NCBI RefSeq assembly: GCF_009914755.1
Contig: NC_060928.1
Origin: the human T2T-CHM13v2.0 reference genome, Homo sapiens
Strand: one strand, 5' to 3'
Length of the DNA stretch: 64,000 bases
In this document: in pieces, positions 12,875 to 27,227 of the stretch
Layout of the letters: each line of letters opens with the position of its first letter
Numbering within the stretch: the first letter of the stretch is position 1
Made by a program: the position numbers and the translations under genes
Notes under the pieces: model-generated
The model's database searches: none
The model's input: the letters and a program-made list of their open reading frames with translations, nothing else
What the model was told of the DNA's origin: nothing

Positions 12875-15800
12875 GGGAGACCGGGCTTAAGTGTCCCCAA
12901 AGAACCTCTGGTCAGAATGACAGTCGAGGGTAGAGACATTGATTTTCTTGTAGATACCGCTGCTGAACATTCGCTAGTAACCGCCCCGGTCGCCCCCTTA
13001 TCCAGAAAGACTATTGATGTCATCGGAGCCATGGGGGTTTCAGCAAAGCAAGCTTTCTGCTTGCCTGGGACTTGTACTGTAGGAGGACATCAAGTGATTC
13101 ATCAGTTTTTGTACATGCCTGACTATCCCTTGCCCTTGTTGGGAAGGGACTTGCTTAGCAAGCTGAGAGCTGCTCTCTCTTTGACAGAACACAGCTCTTT
13201 GCTGCTAAAGTTACCCGCCACGGGAGTCATGACCCTTACGGTCCCCCAAGAGGAGGAATGGAGCCTTTTGTGAACTGAGGCGGGCCAAGAGAGAAGACCA
13301 GCTCTGGCTAAGCGGTAGCCAAGAGTACGGGCAGAAGACAACCCTCCAGGGTTGATCAGTTAAGACTGGGGCCCAGCCGCTTAGGCAAAAACAGGACCCG
13401 GTCCCCAGAGAAGCTCTTCAAGGTATCCAGGTCCATCTTAAGCACCTAAGAACTTTTGGTATGATAGTTCCTTGTCAGTCTCCACGGAATACTCCCCTCC
13501 TGCCTGTTCCCAAGCCATGGACCAAGGACTACAGGCCGGGACAGGATTCGGGCTTGCTTAGTCAAACTACTCTGACTTTCCATCCAACAGTACCTAGCCC
13601 GTCCACATTGTTGGGGTTGCTGCCAGCTGAGGACAGCTGGTTCACCTGCTTGGACCTGAGAGACGCTTTCTTTCCTATCAGATTAGCCCCTGAGAGCCAG
13701 AAGCTGTTTGCCTTTCAGTGGGGAGATCCGGAGTCAGGTGTCACTACTCAGTACACTTGGACCGGGCTTCCCCAAGGGTTCAAGGACTCCCCCACCATCT
13801 TCAGGGAGGCGTTGGCTCGAGACCTCCGGAAGTTTCCCACCAGAGACCTAGGCTGTGCGTTGCTCCGCTAGGTTGATGAGCTTTTGCTGGGACACCCCAC
13901 GGCAGTCGGGTGCGCCAAGGGAACGGATTGCCCTACGCCGACACCTGGAGGACTGTGGGTGTAAGCTGTCCAAGAAGAAAGCTCAGATCTGCCGACAGCA
14001 GGTACGTTCCTTGGGATTTACTATCCGACGGGGGAACGCAGCCCGGGATCAGAAAGAAAGCAGGTCATTTGCAATCTAGCAGAGCCTAAGAGCAGAAGGC
14101 AGGTGAGAGAATTCTTAGGAGCTGTGGGGTTTTGTAGACTGCAGATCCCAAACTTTGCAGTTAGCCAAGCCTTTGTATGAGGTCACAAAGGGGGCGGGGA
14201 CCGGGAAATTTTTGAATGAGGATCCCAACAACAGCAAGTCTTTCGTGAGTTAAAGGAGAAACTTATGTCAGCCCCAGCCCTGGGGCTACCCGATCTCACA
14301 AAGCCTTTTACATCCTATGTGTCAGAGAGAGAGAAAAGATGGCAGCTGGACTTTGAACCCAAACTGTGGGGCCCTGGCCGAGGCCGCTGGCCTACCTCTC
14401 TAAACAACTAGACGGGGTTTCTAAAGGACGGCCCCCGTGTTTGAGGGCCTTGGCAGCAACTGCCCTGCTAGTACAAGAAGCAAAGAAGCTGACTCTTGGG
14501 CAGAACCTGAACAGAAAGGCCCCCCATGCGTGGTGACTTTAATGAATACTAAAGGACATCATTGACTAACGAATGCCAGACTCACCAAGTACCAGACTTT
14601 GCTCTGTGAAAATCCCCGTATAACCATTGAAGTTTGTAACACCCTGCCACCTTGCTCCCGCTGTCAGAGAGCCCTGTCGAACATGATTGTGTAGAAGTGT
14701 TGGACTCAGTTGACTCTAGCAGACCTGACATCCGGGACCAGGCTTGGGCATCAGTAGACCGGGAACTATACAAAGATGGGAGCAGCTTCGTCAACACCCA
14801 AGGAGAGAGAGGTGCAGGGTATGCAGTTATAATCCTGGACACTGTTGTTGAAGCCAGATCGTTGCCCCAGGGCACTTCAGCCCAGAAAGCTGAACTCATT
14901 GCTTTAATTCGGGCCTTAGAACTCCGTGAGGGTGAGACTGTCAACATTTACACTGATTCTCGGTATGTCTTTTGACATACCTTCTAGTGCATGGAGCGTG
15001 ATAGAAAGAAAAGGGCCTCTTGAACTCTGGGGGGAAAAGCAGAAAATATCAACCAGAAATCTTCCTGTATTAGAAGCAGTATGGAAACCCCACAAGGTAG
15101 CAGTTATGCATTGTAGGGGGCACCAGCGAGCTTCCACCTTGGTGGGCTTGGGGAATTCCCGCGCTGACTCAGAGGCTCGAAAAGCAGCATCTGCCCCTTT
15201 CCAGGCATCAGTCACATCTCCTCTGCTCCCTCAAGCACCTGATCTTGGACCTGCTTATTCTAAAGAAGAAAAGGACTTTCTCCAGGTAGAGGGCAGGACA
15301 AGTGATGGAGGAAGGATGGATTCGGTTAGCAGATGGGAGAGTAGCTGTGCCACAGCTGCGAGGAGCTGCAGTTGTACTGGCTGTGCATGAAACCACCCAT
15401 CGAGGTCAGGAGTCATTGGAAAAGTTGTTAGGCCAGTATTTCTACATCTCGCGTTTCTCAGCCCTTGCCAAAACGGTGAGGCAGCAATGTGTCAGCTGCC
15501 GACAGCATCATGCGAGGCAAGGTCCAGCCATTCCACCCGGCATACAAGCTTATGGAGCAGCCCCCTTTAAAGATCTCCAGGTAGACTTCACAGAGATGCC
15601 AAAGTGTGGAGGTAACAAGTATTTACTAGTTCTTGGGCGTACCTACTCTGGGTGGGTGGAGGCTTATCCCACAGGAACTGAGAAAGCTCGTGAAGTAACC
15701 CCGTGTACTTCTTCGAGATCTGATTCATAGATTGGGACTGCCCTTCCGGATCGGCTTAGATAACGGGCTGGCGTTTGTGGCTGACTTGCTACAGAAAACG

Positions 15801-15893
15801 GCAAAAATATTGGGGGATCACACGGAAACTGCATGCCGCCCCCCAGACTCAGTGTTCCGGAAAGGTGGAGCGGATGAATCGGACTATCAAAAA
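12875..15893 (+). mobile_element. ERV class I pro-pol remnant (protease, RT, RNase H, integrase), defective and 3' truncated
   Basis: Protease in frame after the gag stop, FLVDTAAEHS (DTG->DTA, 12953-12961); RT LPQGFKDSP with YVDD degraded to *VDE (TAG 13869-13871); RNase H DGSSF/SAQKAELIAL/IYTDSRY; integrase HETTH..CVSC, LQVDFTEMP, SGKVERMNRTIK. No env or LTR. Confidence 0.92.
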
Positions 15894-18800
15894 TAGTATT
15901 ATTGTCTTCCCCGCTGGATATGTAAAACAACACCACGAGGGGCGTCAAACCACCTGCTACATTTGAGGGAATGTTACCCTCTCCCCCCGTTCCCCGGCCC
16001 CGGATATTAGAGGCAATAACACAGGGTAATGTACACCCACTGCTTTATTGGGAGTAATGTCATCCTCTGCCTTCTTGGATATTAGGAACAATATCACACT
16101 GTGCGTGTACGCCTGTCGCGAAATTCAATGGAATGTCGTCCCGTGCCTCCCTGGATATGACGAACAGTATCACGGGGGATGTACAACTTCTGAGATATTG
16201 GGAGTGATCTCATCCTCTCCTTTCTGGAAGTTAGGGACAATATCACAGGGGTGGTGTACACATTCTGTGACGTTGGGACTAATATCATCCTCCCGCCCCC
16301 TGAATATTAAAAACCATGTCACAAGGGCCGTGAACACACACTTCGATATTGGTATGAATACCATCCTCTCCCTCTTTGGATATTCGGTGCAATATTTCAG
16401 GTGGGGTATACACCACCTGCAATATTGGAAGTCATGTTATTTTCTCCCCCACTGGATATTAGAAAGAATATCACAGGGGGGTGTGAACAACCCCTGCGAT
16501 ATTTGGAGTCATATCATCGTCTCCCCTCAAGAATATTAAGAACAATATCTTAGGGGTGGGGGTTGTAAACCCCCTTTCATATTCGATATCATCCTCTTCC
16601 CCCTGGATATTAGGAACAATATCAGGAAGGGATGTACAGACCCTGCGACATTTGCTGTCATGTAATTGTCTCTCCCCTAGATATTAGGAAAAATGTCACT
16701 GGGGATGTGAACAGCCCTGCTATATTGGGAGTAGTATCATCCCCTCCCCCCTTGCATATTGGGAACAATTTCACTGGTGGGGCGTACTGCCTCTGCGATA
16801 TTGGGAGTACAATTATCCTCTCTTCCCCTGGATACTAGGAAGGGTATCAGAGGGAGAGGGTGTACATTCCCTGCCATATTCAATGTCACCTTATCCTCTC
16901 CCTCCCAGGGTATTCAGAACAATAGGACAGGAGGGGTGTACACCCTCTGCGATATTGGGAGTCATATCATCCTCTTTCGCTCTGGATATGAGGAACAATA
17001 TCACAGGGTTGTGTACCCCGCCCTGCGATATTGGGAGTAATATCATCCTCTCTCCCTGTGGATATTAGGAAGAGTATCACCGGGCTGTGGAAACCCCCTG
17101 CGGTACTGGGAGTAATATCATCCTCTCGCCCTCTGGATACGAGGAAGATTTTCACAGGGGTGTGTACACCCCTCGCGATATTGGGAGTAATATCATCCTC
17201 TCCACCCAGGAAATGACTAACAAGGCCACGGGGGGTGTGAACTCCTCCTGCGATATTGGGAGTCATGTCGTCCTCTCCAAACCTGGATGTTAGCAACGAG
17301 ATTACAGAGGGGGTGTACGCACCCTGCGATATTGGAAGTAATATGATCCTCTCCCCACCTGGATATGGGGAAAGATATCACAGCGCGGGTATACATTTCC
17401 TACGCTGTTGGGAGTAATATCATTCTTTTCCTTTCTGGATATTAGGAAGAATATCACAGGAGTGCGGTACAATTATTTCGATATTGGGAGTACTATCATC
17501 CTCTATTTTCCTGGATATTGGGCCCAATAACACAAAAAGCTGTACAACCCCTGCGATATTCGAGTAATAGCATACTCTCCTTCCCTGGATGTTAGAAAAC
17601 AATATCATCAGGGCTGAACACCCCCCGCGATAATGGTAGTAATATTGACTCTTTCACATGCCATTTGGAACAATATCACAGGGGGTGTTTACAAACAGGG
17701 TTGGTGTACACCCCCTGTGATATTCGGAGTAACATCATTCTCTCCACCTACTGACATTAAGAACAATATCCCGGCGGGAGGTGGTACACCCCCAGTGATA
17801 TTGGGAATAATGTCATCCTCTCCTTCCCTGGATATTAGGAACAATATCACAAGGGGATGTACAACTTCCGTGAGATTGGAAGCAATATCATCCTCTCCCC
17901 CGCTGGATATTAGAAAAAAATATCATTCAAGTTAGATACCCACTGTGATATTAGGAAGAATATTACAGGGTGCACACCCACTCTGACTTTAGGAGAAATA
18001 GCTCCCTTAAATGTCACAAATAATACCACAGGGTATACAGTGATATCTCCCTAGGATATTACAAATACTATCACAAGGTGTACACCCACTGTGATAACAG
18101 GAGTAGTACGTCCCAAGGATACTACCAAGAATATTACAAGGCTGTACACCCACTATGACATAAGAAGTGATATCTCCCTACGGTATTACGAATAACATCA
18201 CAGAATGTACACCTATGGTGTGCACCCACGGTGATATTAGGTGTAATATCAACCCAGGACATAACCAATAAGACCACAGGGAGTACATAAATGATGTACA
18301 CCCACAGTGATGTTATGAGAACTATCTCTCTAGGATAATACGAATAACATCACAGAGTGGACACACATGGTATACACCCTATGTGGCACTAGGACTAATA
18401 ACTTTCTAAGATATTACCAATAGCGTCACAGAATAGAAACACATGGTGTACACCCACTGTAACACTAGGTGTAATTTCTCCCTAGGATATTACCAATAAC
18501 ATCACAGGATGTCCACCCATGGTGTACACGCACTGTGATGTTAGGGATAATATCTCCCTGGGATACGATGAATAATGCCACAGGGTGTACAGAAACTGTG
18601 ATATTAGAGGTAATATCTCTAATATCACAGCGTGTACGCCCACTGTGATAGTGGGAGCAATATCTCTCTAGGATAGTACAAATAATATCACAGAGTGTAC
18701 ACCCACTGTGATATTAGGAGAAATATCTCTCTGGGATATCACGAATTATATCACAGAGTGTACACACATGATGTACATCCACTTTGATATTAGGAGTAAT

Positions 18801-19370
18801 ATCTTCCTAGGACATTACAAATAACCTCACAGAGTGTACACCCACTGTAATACTAGGAATCGTATCACCCTGGGGGATCACCAATAATATCACAGGGTGT
18901 ACACCCACTGTGATATGAGGAGTAATATCTTCCTAGGGTATTACGAATAATTTCACAGTCTGTACGCACAAGGTGTACACTCACGGTGATATTAAGAGTA
19001 ACTTCTACCTAGTGGATGACAAATAACATCGCAGGGTGTACACCCACTTTGATATTAGCTGTAATATTGTTCTAAGTTGTTACAAATAAGATCACAGGGT
19101 GTACAAACATGGTGTACACTCACTGTGATATCAGGAGTCGTATCTCCATAATATATTATGAATAATATCACAGGGTGTACACCCACTGTATTATTAGGAG
19201 TAATATCTCTGTAGGATATTACAATTAAGATCACAGGGTGTAGAGCCAGCGTGATATTAGGAGCAATATCTTTCTAGGATAATACAAATAATATCACAGG
19301 GTGTACGCCCACTCTGCTGTCAGGAGCAATATCTCCCTAGCATATCAAAAATCCTATCACAGGGTGTCCA
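15894..19370. repeat. SATR1/SATR2-type satellite, distal block
   Basis: Period 75-76 bp (equivalent positions at 16951, 17027, 17102, 17177). After ~17930 the array changes to 63- and 76-bp monomers (18661, 18724, 18800, 18863). Confidence 0.88.
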
Positions 19371-19587
19371 ATCTCTGCCTTCCATGTTCTAAGGGATTCT
19401 CGTGCTTCAGCCTCCCGAGTAGCTAGGGTTACCCGCTACCACGCCCGGCTATATTTTTTTTATTTTCACTGGAGACGGGGTTTCACCACGTTGGCCAGGC
19501 TGGTCTGGAACTCCTGACCTCAGGTGATCCATCAGCCTCGGCCGCCCAAAGTGCTGAGATTACGGGTGTGAGCCATGGCGCTCAGCC
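19371..19587 (-). mobile_element. Alu lacking its 3' end, abutting the satellite
   Basis: The reverse Alu body begins directly after a satellite monomer, with no T tail. Confidence 0.85.
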
Positions 19588-20248
19588 AAGAGTTATATAT
19601 TCAATTCATTTGGAAACACAGCTCCCATATTTGAGTGTGCATGTCCTTTTTTGAAGAAATGATGTCAGAAAACCGAAGGATGATAATAAATATGAAAAGT
19701 AACAGGCATGTGAAAAGGTCTTCCGATTAAGAACTCTAAGTTTCGATTTCGTTTTTAGATAATGGAGTCCTAGCTCTTGTGTCGTCCTTTTACATATTCT
19801 ACATCAAAGGAATTTGTAGCACGGTGTCAGAATAAAGTAGAGTGTATTTCACGGCTTCTTAATTTCTTTCAACTAGACTGAGATCTTTTTCTTCAAGAGA
19901 GAAGAACATTTTCATTGCATTCTATTTATTTCTGAAAAGAGTAGGCCGTATTTTACTGAGATCACGGATTTGTTATATATGACGTTTTGATCTTCTAACA
20001 TTCTTCAGTGGATTTTCTCTGAAGTAGTGTGTACAGAAAGAGTTGAATAGCAAAAAAGTAAATCATGTCATAATTCTGAGATTTTTGGATTTGTCACAAC
20101 TGAGAAACATTGCTGGCGGTGTATGGTCCGCAAGTGTGAAAATGTTCCTTGTGAATTGCTTGCATCCAAAATATACACACAGCATTAAGGGATGGTTTTT
20201 ATCTTTTATTTTTCCAATCCTCTTTTCTTCCCAAGGTGTCCAAGTCAC

Positions 20249-21235
20249 ACAAAGCCACGGAATCTCACAGGTGTCTGAGAATTCCTCCTCCTGGGACTCT
20301 CAGAGGATCCAGAACTGCAGCCCATCCTGGCTGGGCTGTCCCTGTCCATGTATCTGGTCACGGTGCTGAGGAACCTGCTCATCATCCTGGCTGTCAGCTC
20401 TGACTCCCACCTCCACACTCCCATGTGCTTCTTCCTCTCCAACCTGTGCTGGGCTGACATCGGTTTCACCTCGGCCACGGTTCCTAAGATGATTGTGGAC
20501 ATGCAGTCGCATAGCAGAGTCATCTCTTATGAGGGCTGCCTGACAAGGATGTCTTTCTTGGTCCTTTTTGCATGTACAGAAGACATGCTTCTGACTGTGA
20601 TGGCCTATGACTGCTTTGTAGCCATCTGTCGCCCTCTGCACTACCCAGTCATCGTGAATCCTCACCTCTGTGTCTTTTTCATTTTGGTGTCCTTTTTCCT
20701 TAGCCTGTTGGATTCCCAGCTGCACAGTTAGGTTGTATTACAATTCACCTTCTTCAATAATGTGGAAATCTCTAATTTTGTCTGTGAGCCATCTCAACTT
20801 GTCAACCTTGCCAGTTCTGACAGCGTCGTCAATAGCATATTCATATATTTCGATAGTACTATGTTTGGTTTTCTTCCCATTTTAGGGGTCCTTTTGTCTC
20901 ACTATAAAATTGTCCCCTCCATTCTAAGGATTTCATCGTCAGATGGGAAGTATAAAGTCTTCGCTACCTGTGGCTCTCACCTGGCAGTTGTTTGCTGATT
21001 TGATGGAACAGGCATTGACATGTACCTGACTTCAGCTGTGTCACCACCCCACAGGAATGGTGTGGTGGCATCAGTGATGTATGCTGTTTTCACCCCCATG
21101 CTGAACCCTTTCATCTACAGCCTGAGAAACAGGGACATACAAAGTGCCCTGCGGAGGCTGCTCAGCAGAACAGTCGAATCTCATGATCTGTTCCATCCTT
21201 TTTCTTCTGTGGGTGAGAAAGGGCAACCACATTAA
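20249..21235 (+). pseudogene. Olfactory receptor family 7 subfamily E pseudogene (OR7E-P; member number not determinable)
   Basis: OR motifs [55 protein letters not shown] and [12 protein letters not shown], all in one frame. In-frame stops at 20276, 20729 and 20996. No ATG at the expected start. Confidence 0.93.
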
Positions 21236-21789
21236 ATCCCTACATCTGCAAATCCTGCCCCTTAGTCACATTCTTTTTGTGGCTTGACGGCTTTTATTCC
21301 TTTCCGTATTTCCTTTGTGAATATTGCTTTCTTCGTTATGCCTTTCACTGGAATGGGTGAGGATTCTGGGATCCTTTGTTTAGCAGAAACCTCATGACAG
21401 AATCCTCTATGCCTAGGCGGCCTCCTTTAGTTTCTGAGCAATAACTCTGTCATCCAGGTGGAATCACAACCATCTTTTTATGTACACGAAGTCCTCATTT
21501 CGTTTTGGAATTCCCTGAAAACTGAATTTATGGAGACAATGTACAGGAGGTCCTCCAACACCATTGGTGCGTTCAAGGTTGTGTAGTTATAATGTTGGTG
21601 AGGAATAAGTGGTTTCATTATACCTAATTTTGCTTAAAGGTGAAGTTTCCAAGAGACTTCCAAAGATGTTAAGTGAGGACATACTGTACATCAAATTCAT
21701 ATCCTCTTCCACAGTTCTTGTGGAATTTCTTTATAAACTGCTTCTAGAGAAACTATTTAGGCTGGTTATGTGTAGAGATCCATGTCACC

Positions 21790-21950
21790 GGTCCTCAATC
21801 TTGGCTTTGAGTCAACTCACCTGGGGAGCTTACAAATGATGAGGCCTGGGTCTCATTACCTGAGATTCTGATTTCTCTGCACCTGTGTGAGCATGTGGAT
21901 TTTTTTTTTTTTTTTTAAAGCACCAGAGGTGATTCCAATGCCGAAGATTT
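21790..21950. mobile_element. MER5-like DNA transposon relic
   Basis: Pattern tcacctggggagctt...gagattctgatt...ggtgattccaatg. Confidence 0.45.
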
Positions 21951-22082
21951 TAGAGGCATCAAGCTCCAATGAGTAAGAACAGAAGTTAATTGTAATATGA
22001 TTTCTTCAAATATTATCTTCAAATGCATTGTCCATCAATACCATACAAATGTTTATTATGCTGTTGTTTCTTACCATTTAGC

Positions 22083-22418
<336 letters not shown>

Positions 22419-22604
22419 ACCACTTAGCATTTTCATTTTACATTTGTTGAAATTATAGATTTATACACACTTTGATTGCTGCTTTGTTATACACTTGCAT
22501 ATTCATAAGATGGGAAATAGAAAAGAATAAAATGGGCACAGTATCCCTGAAGTTTCACATTCCGAGACATGTTAAAAATATTTGCTTTTTAGAAATTTGT
22601 TTCA

Positions 22605-23275
22605 ATTGATAAACTGTGGTATACACACACAATGAAGTACTATTTAGCCTAAAAAGGAATAAACAAAATCCTCTCCACTGCAGACAAAATGGATGAGATT
22701 GCAGGTCTGTATATTAAGTGAAATAAGCCAGGCACAGAATGACAAATACTTCATATCCTCACTTCTATGTAGGAACAAAAAAGAAAATCTTGGCCAGTTG
22801 TGGTGGCTCAGGCCTGGAATCCCAGCACTGTGGGAGGCCGAGTCGCAAGGATCACTTGAGACCAGGAGTTTGAGATCCGCCTGGCCAACATGGTAAAACC
22901 CCGTCTCTACTGAAAACACAAACAATTAGCCGGACGTGGTGACGCGTGCCTGTAGTCTCAGCTACTCGGAGGGCTGAGGCCCAAGAAGCGCTTGAACTCG
23001 GGAGGCGGAGCTTGCAGTGAGCCTGGATTGTGCCTGTGTACTCCAACTGGGCAACAGAAAGAGACTCCATCACACACCTACACACAAAAGGAATCTCAGG
23101 AAGGTGGAAAATATAAAGGTTGTTAGCAGACGCTAGGAAGAAAAGGGGTGGGATGGGGAATGAAGAGAAGTGGATAATTGGGTCCCAAAATACAGAAGGA
23201 TGGAACAACTGAGTCCTAGTGTTTGATAGCACAGTATGAAAATTTTAGTTCACAGGAATTTCTTGCATATTTCCA
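22605..23275 (+). mobile_element. Old L1 (L1M) 3' end fragment, split by an Alu at 22792-23071
   Basis: L1 3' words aaactgtggtatacacacacaatgaagtactattt and taagtgaaataagccaggcacagaa; an Alu body lies in the middle. Confidence 0.75.
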
Positions 23276-23359
23276 GATGCTTTGGTGAGAAGCTTCCTAA
23301 CTTTCTCATTATGCTGGTTTTTCAGCTATTCTCTTTCTGCTATCGAAATCATGCTGCAG

Positions 23360-23659
<300 letters not shown>

Positions 23660-24695
23660 ATGCTGCATCCTTATCTGTTGTCTGTTGTTGTTTGTCTGTT
23701 TTTGTGCCCAGACATAACTTCTCACCTATATGTTCAAATGATTTTCAACATGAGTGCTAAGAAAGTCCATTGGTGGAAAAGCAGCCTTTTCAAGAAATGG
23801 TGTTGGAGAAACTTGATTTCCACCTGCAGAAGAATGAAGGTGGACTCTGTGTCACAACAGGTGCAAAAATTAACACAAACTGGATCAAAGACCTAACCCC
23901 AAGTGCTGAAAGTATAATATGCCTCAAAGAAAACATTGGCCACACTTTCATGACATCAGATTGGGCAATGCTTTCTGGGATATGACACCAAAAGCATAGA
24001 CAACAAAAGAAAATTAGATTCCTTGGATGATATCTAAATGACAGACACTTTTGTGCATCAGCAAACACTGTGAACTGAGTGAAAAGATAACCCATGGAAT
24101 AGGAAAAAGATTTGCAAATCATATCTCTGAAAAGAGGCTGATATGCATCATAAACAAAGAACAGCTACAAATGAACAATCAGAAACCCAAAGCACCCCAT
24201 TAACAATGGTCAGAAGACTCGAGTAGACTTGTTCCTAAAGAAGATATAGCAATGGTCAATAAGCGTCTAAAATGATGTTCAAAATCACTCATCATAGGGA
24301 AGCGCAAATCAAACCAAGAATGCCATACCACACATTAGGATGGATATGATAAACAAACAAGCATTGGTGAGACTAGAGGGAAGTAGGAATGTTCGAATCT
24401 GATTGGAGGGAATGTAAAACCGTGAAGGAACAGGGAAAATACTATGGCGTGTGCTGCAAAAAGTAGAAACAGGATTATCAGATGTTCCCGCAGTTGCACT
24501 TGTGGGTGCCTGCCAAAAAAAATTAGAAGCCAGGAGTGGAAGAGAGATTTGTACACCCAAATTCATAGCGGCATTATTCACAATAGCCAAAATGAGGAAG
24601 CAACCCAAGGGTTCGTGGACAGATGAATGAAAAAGCACACTGCAGTTCATTCATGCGATGGAAGACTATTCAGCCTTCAAAAGGCAGGCACTTCT

Positions 24696-25632
<937 letters not shown>

Positions 25633-26197
25633 TTAATGTCATGAAGCTGTAAACTGAAAAAGCGTGGAAACTGTAAGTGTTTATACTGGCCATTCTATAT
25701 GAACTAATATATAGTTATAATTTTTAATATTTATACGTGGTATATTTTCCCATAATAAAAGATGAAAATTAAAGCAGTTGGATGTTTAAAAAGAAAAGAA
25801 AGAAGTGAAGAATACACACCAGCTTTCTCCTGATTAGAGGAAGAGCCCCAAATCTTCTATGGACACTCACTTTTCTCTTCTTCTTCTTGCTTTATTATGA
25901 GGAAATCCTTAGAGGTTGGGGAACTTGGGCGACTTTGACTAATGAGGAGCTCTGTGCCTTGAGCCCCCCAGGCCACAGAACAGTAAATAGTCAGTCTGTG
26001 ACTCCAGCCCTGCAGTGTGAGGTTGCAGTCCTGTGGGCTCCACAGACATCACCTGTATCAGGAGGCTCATGTCTTACCGTGTCTTCTTGCCAGCCTCGAG
26101 GACGGAGTCTGAGCCTCCATGGTGCACCACACAGGGAGGACAGTGGACCTGTTCTCCGTGGTCATGGCTCAGAAGAGGGGAAGGGCAGTTCAGTGAG

Positions 26198-27227
26198 TGT
26201 AGGCAAAAGAAAGAGCGATCAGACTCTTACTGTGTCTATGTAGAAAGGAAAGACATAAGAGACTCCATTTTGAAAAAGGCCTGTACTTTCAACAATTGCT
26301 TTGCAGAGATGTTGTTAATCTGTAGCTTTGCCCCAGTCACTTTGAACCAACCACTTTGACCCAACCTGAATTTCACAAAAGCATGTGTTTTATGAAATCA
26401 AGGTTTAAGGGATCTAGGGCTGTACAGGACGTGCCTTGTTAACAAGATGTTTCCAAGCAGTATACTTGGTAAAAGTCATTGCCATTCTCTAGTCTCAATA
26501 AACCAGGGGCATAATACACTGTGGAAAGCCTCAGGGATCTCTGCCCTTGAAAGCGGCATATTGTCCAAGGTTTCTCCCCATGTGATAGTCTGAAAAGTGG
26601 CCTTGTGGGAGGAGAAAGACCTGACCGTCCCCAAGCCCGACACCAGTAAAGGGTCTGTGCTGAAGTGGATTAGTCAAAGAGGAAAGCCTCTTGTAGTTGA
26701 GAGAGAGGAAGGCCACTGTCTCCTGCCTGGCCATGGAAACTGAATGTCTTGGTATAACACCCGATTGTACATTTGTTCAATTCTGAGATGGGGGTAAAAC
26801 CGCCCTATTGTGGGAGGTGAGACACGTTTTCAGCAATGCTACCTTGTTATTCTTTACCCCACTGAGATGTTTGGATGGAGAGAAACATAAATCTTGCTTA
26901 GAGACACGTCCAGTCATAGTACCTTCCCTTGAACTTCCTTATGACTTAGATTGTATTGCTCACAAGTTCGTTGCTGACCTTCTCCTTATTATCACCCTGC
27001 CCTCCTACTACATTCCTTTTTGCTAAAATAATAAAAATAATAATCAATAAAAACTGAGAGAACTCAGAGGCCTGTGCCTGTGCAGGTCCTTGGTATGCTG
27101 AGCGCCGGTCCCCTAGGCCAACTGTTGTTTCTCCATACTTTGTCTCTGTGTCTTATTTCTTTTCTCAGTCTCTCGTCCCACCCGACTAGAAATACCAACA
27201 GGTGTGGAGGGACAGGCCACCCATTCA
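26198..27227 (+). mobile_element. HERV-K(HML-2) solo LTR, LTR5A-like
   Basis: TG...CA termini, 1030 bp; start tgtaggcaaaagaaagagcgatcagact, end ggacaggccacccattca; perfect 6-bp TSD AGTGAG (26192-26197 and 27228-27233); AATAAA at 27046; no primer-binding site follows. Confidence 0.92.

Noticed and set aside
11805-15893. Functional retroviral enzymes
   Set aside because: Protease DTG->DTA, RT YVDD->*VDE, zinc-knuckle H->Q, many stops and frameshifts, and no LTR.
7921-19370. CRISPR-like appearance of regularly spaced palindromic repeats
   Set aside because: The intervening sequences are themselves repeated and diverged, there are no cas genes and the context is primate. This is satellite DNA.
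20348-20731. Functional truncated olfactory receptor from the internal ATG
   Set aside because: It would encode only about four transmembrane helices with a damaged DRY-equivalent motif.
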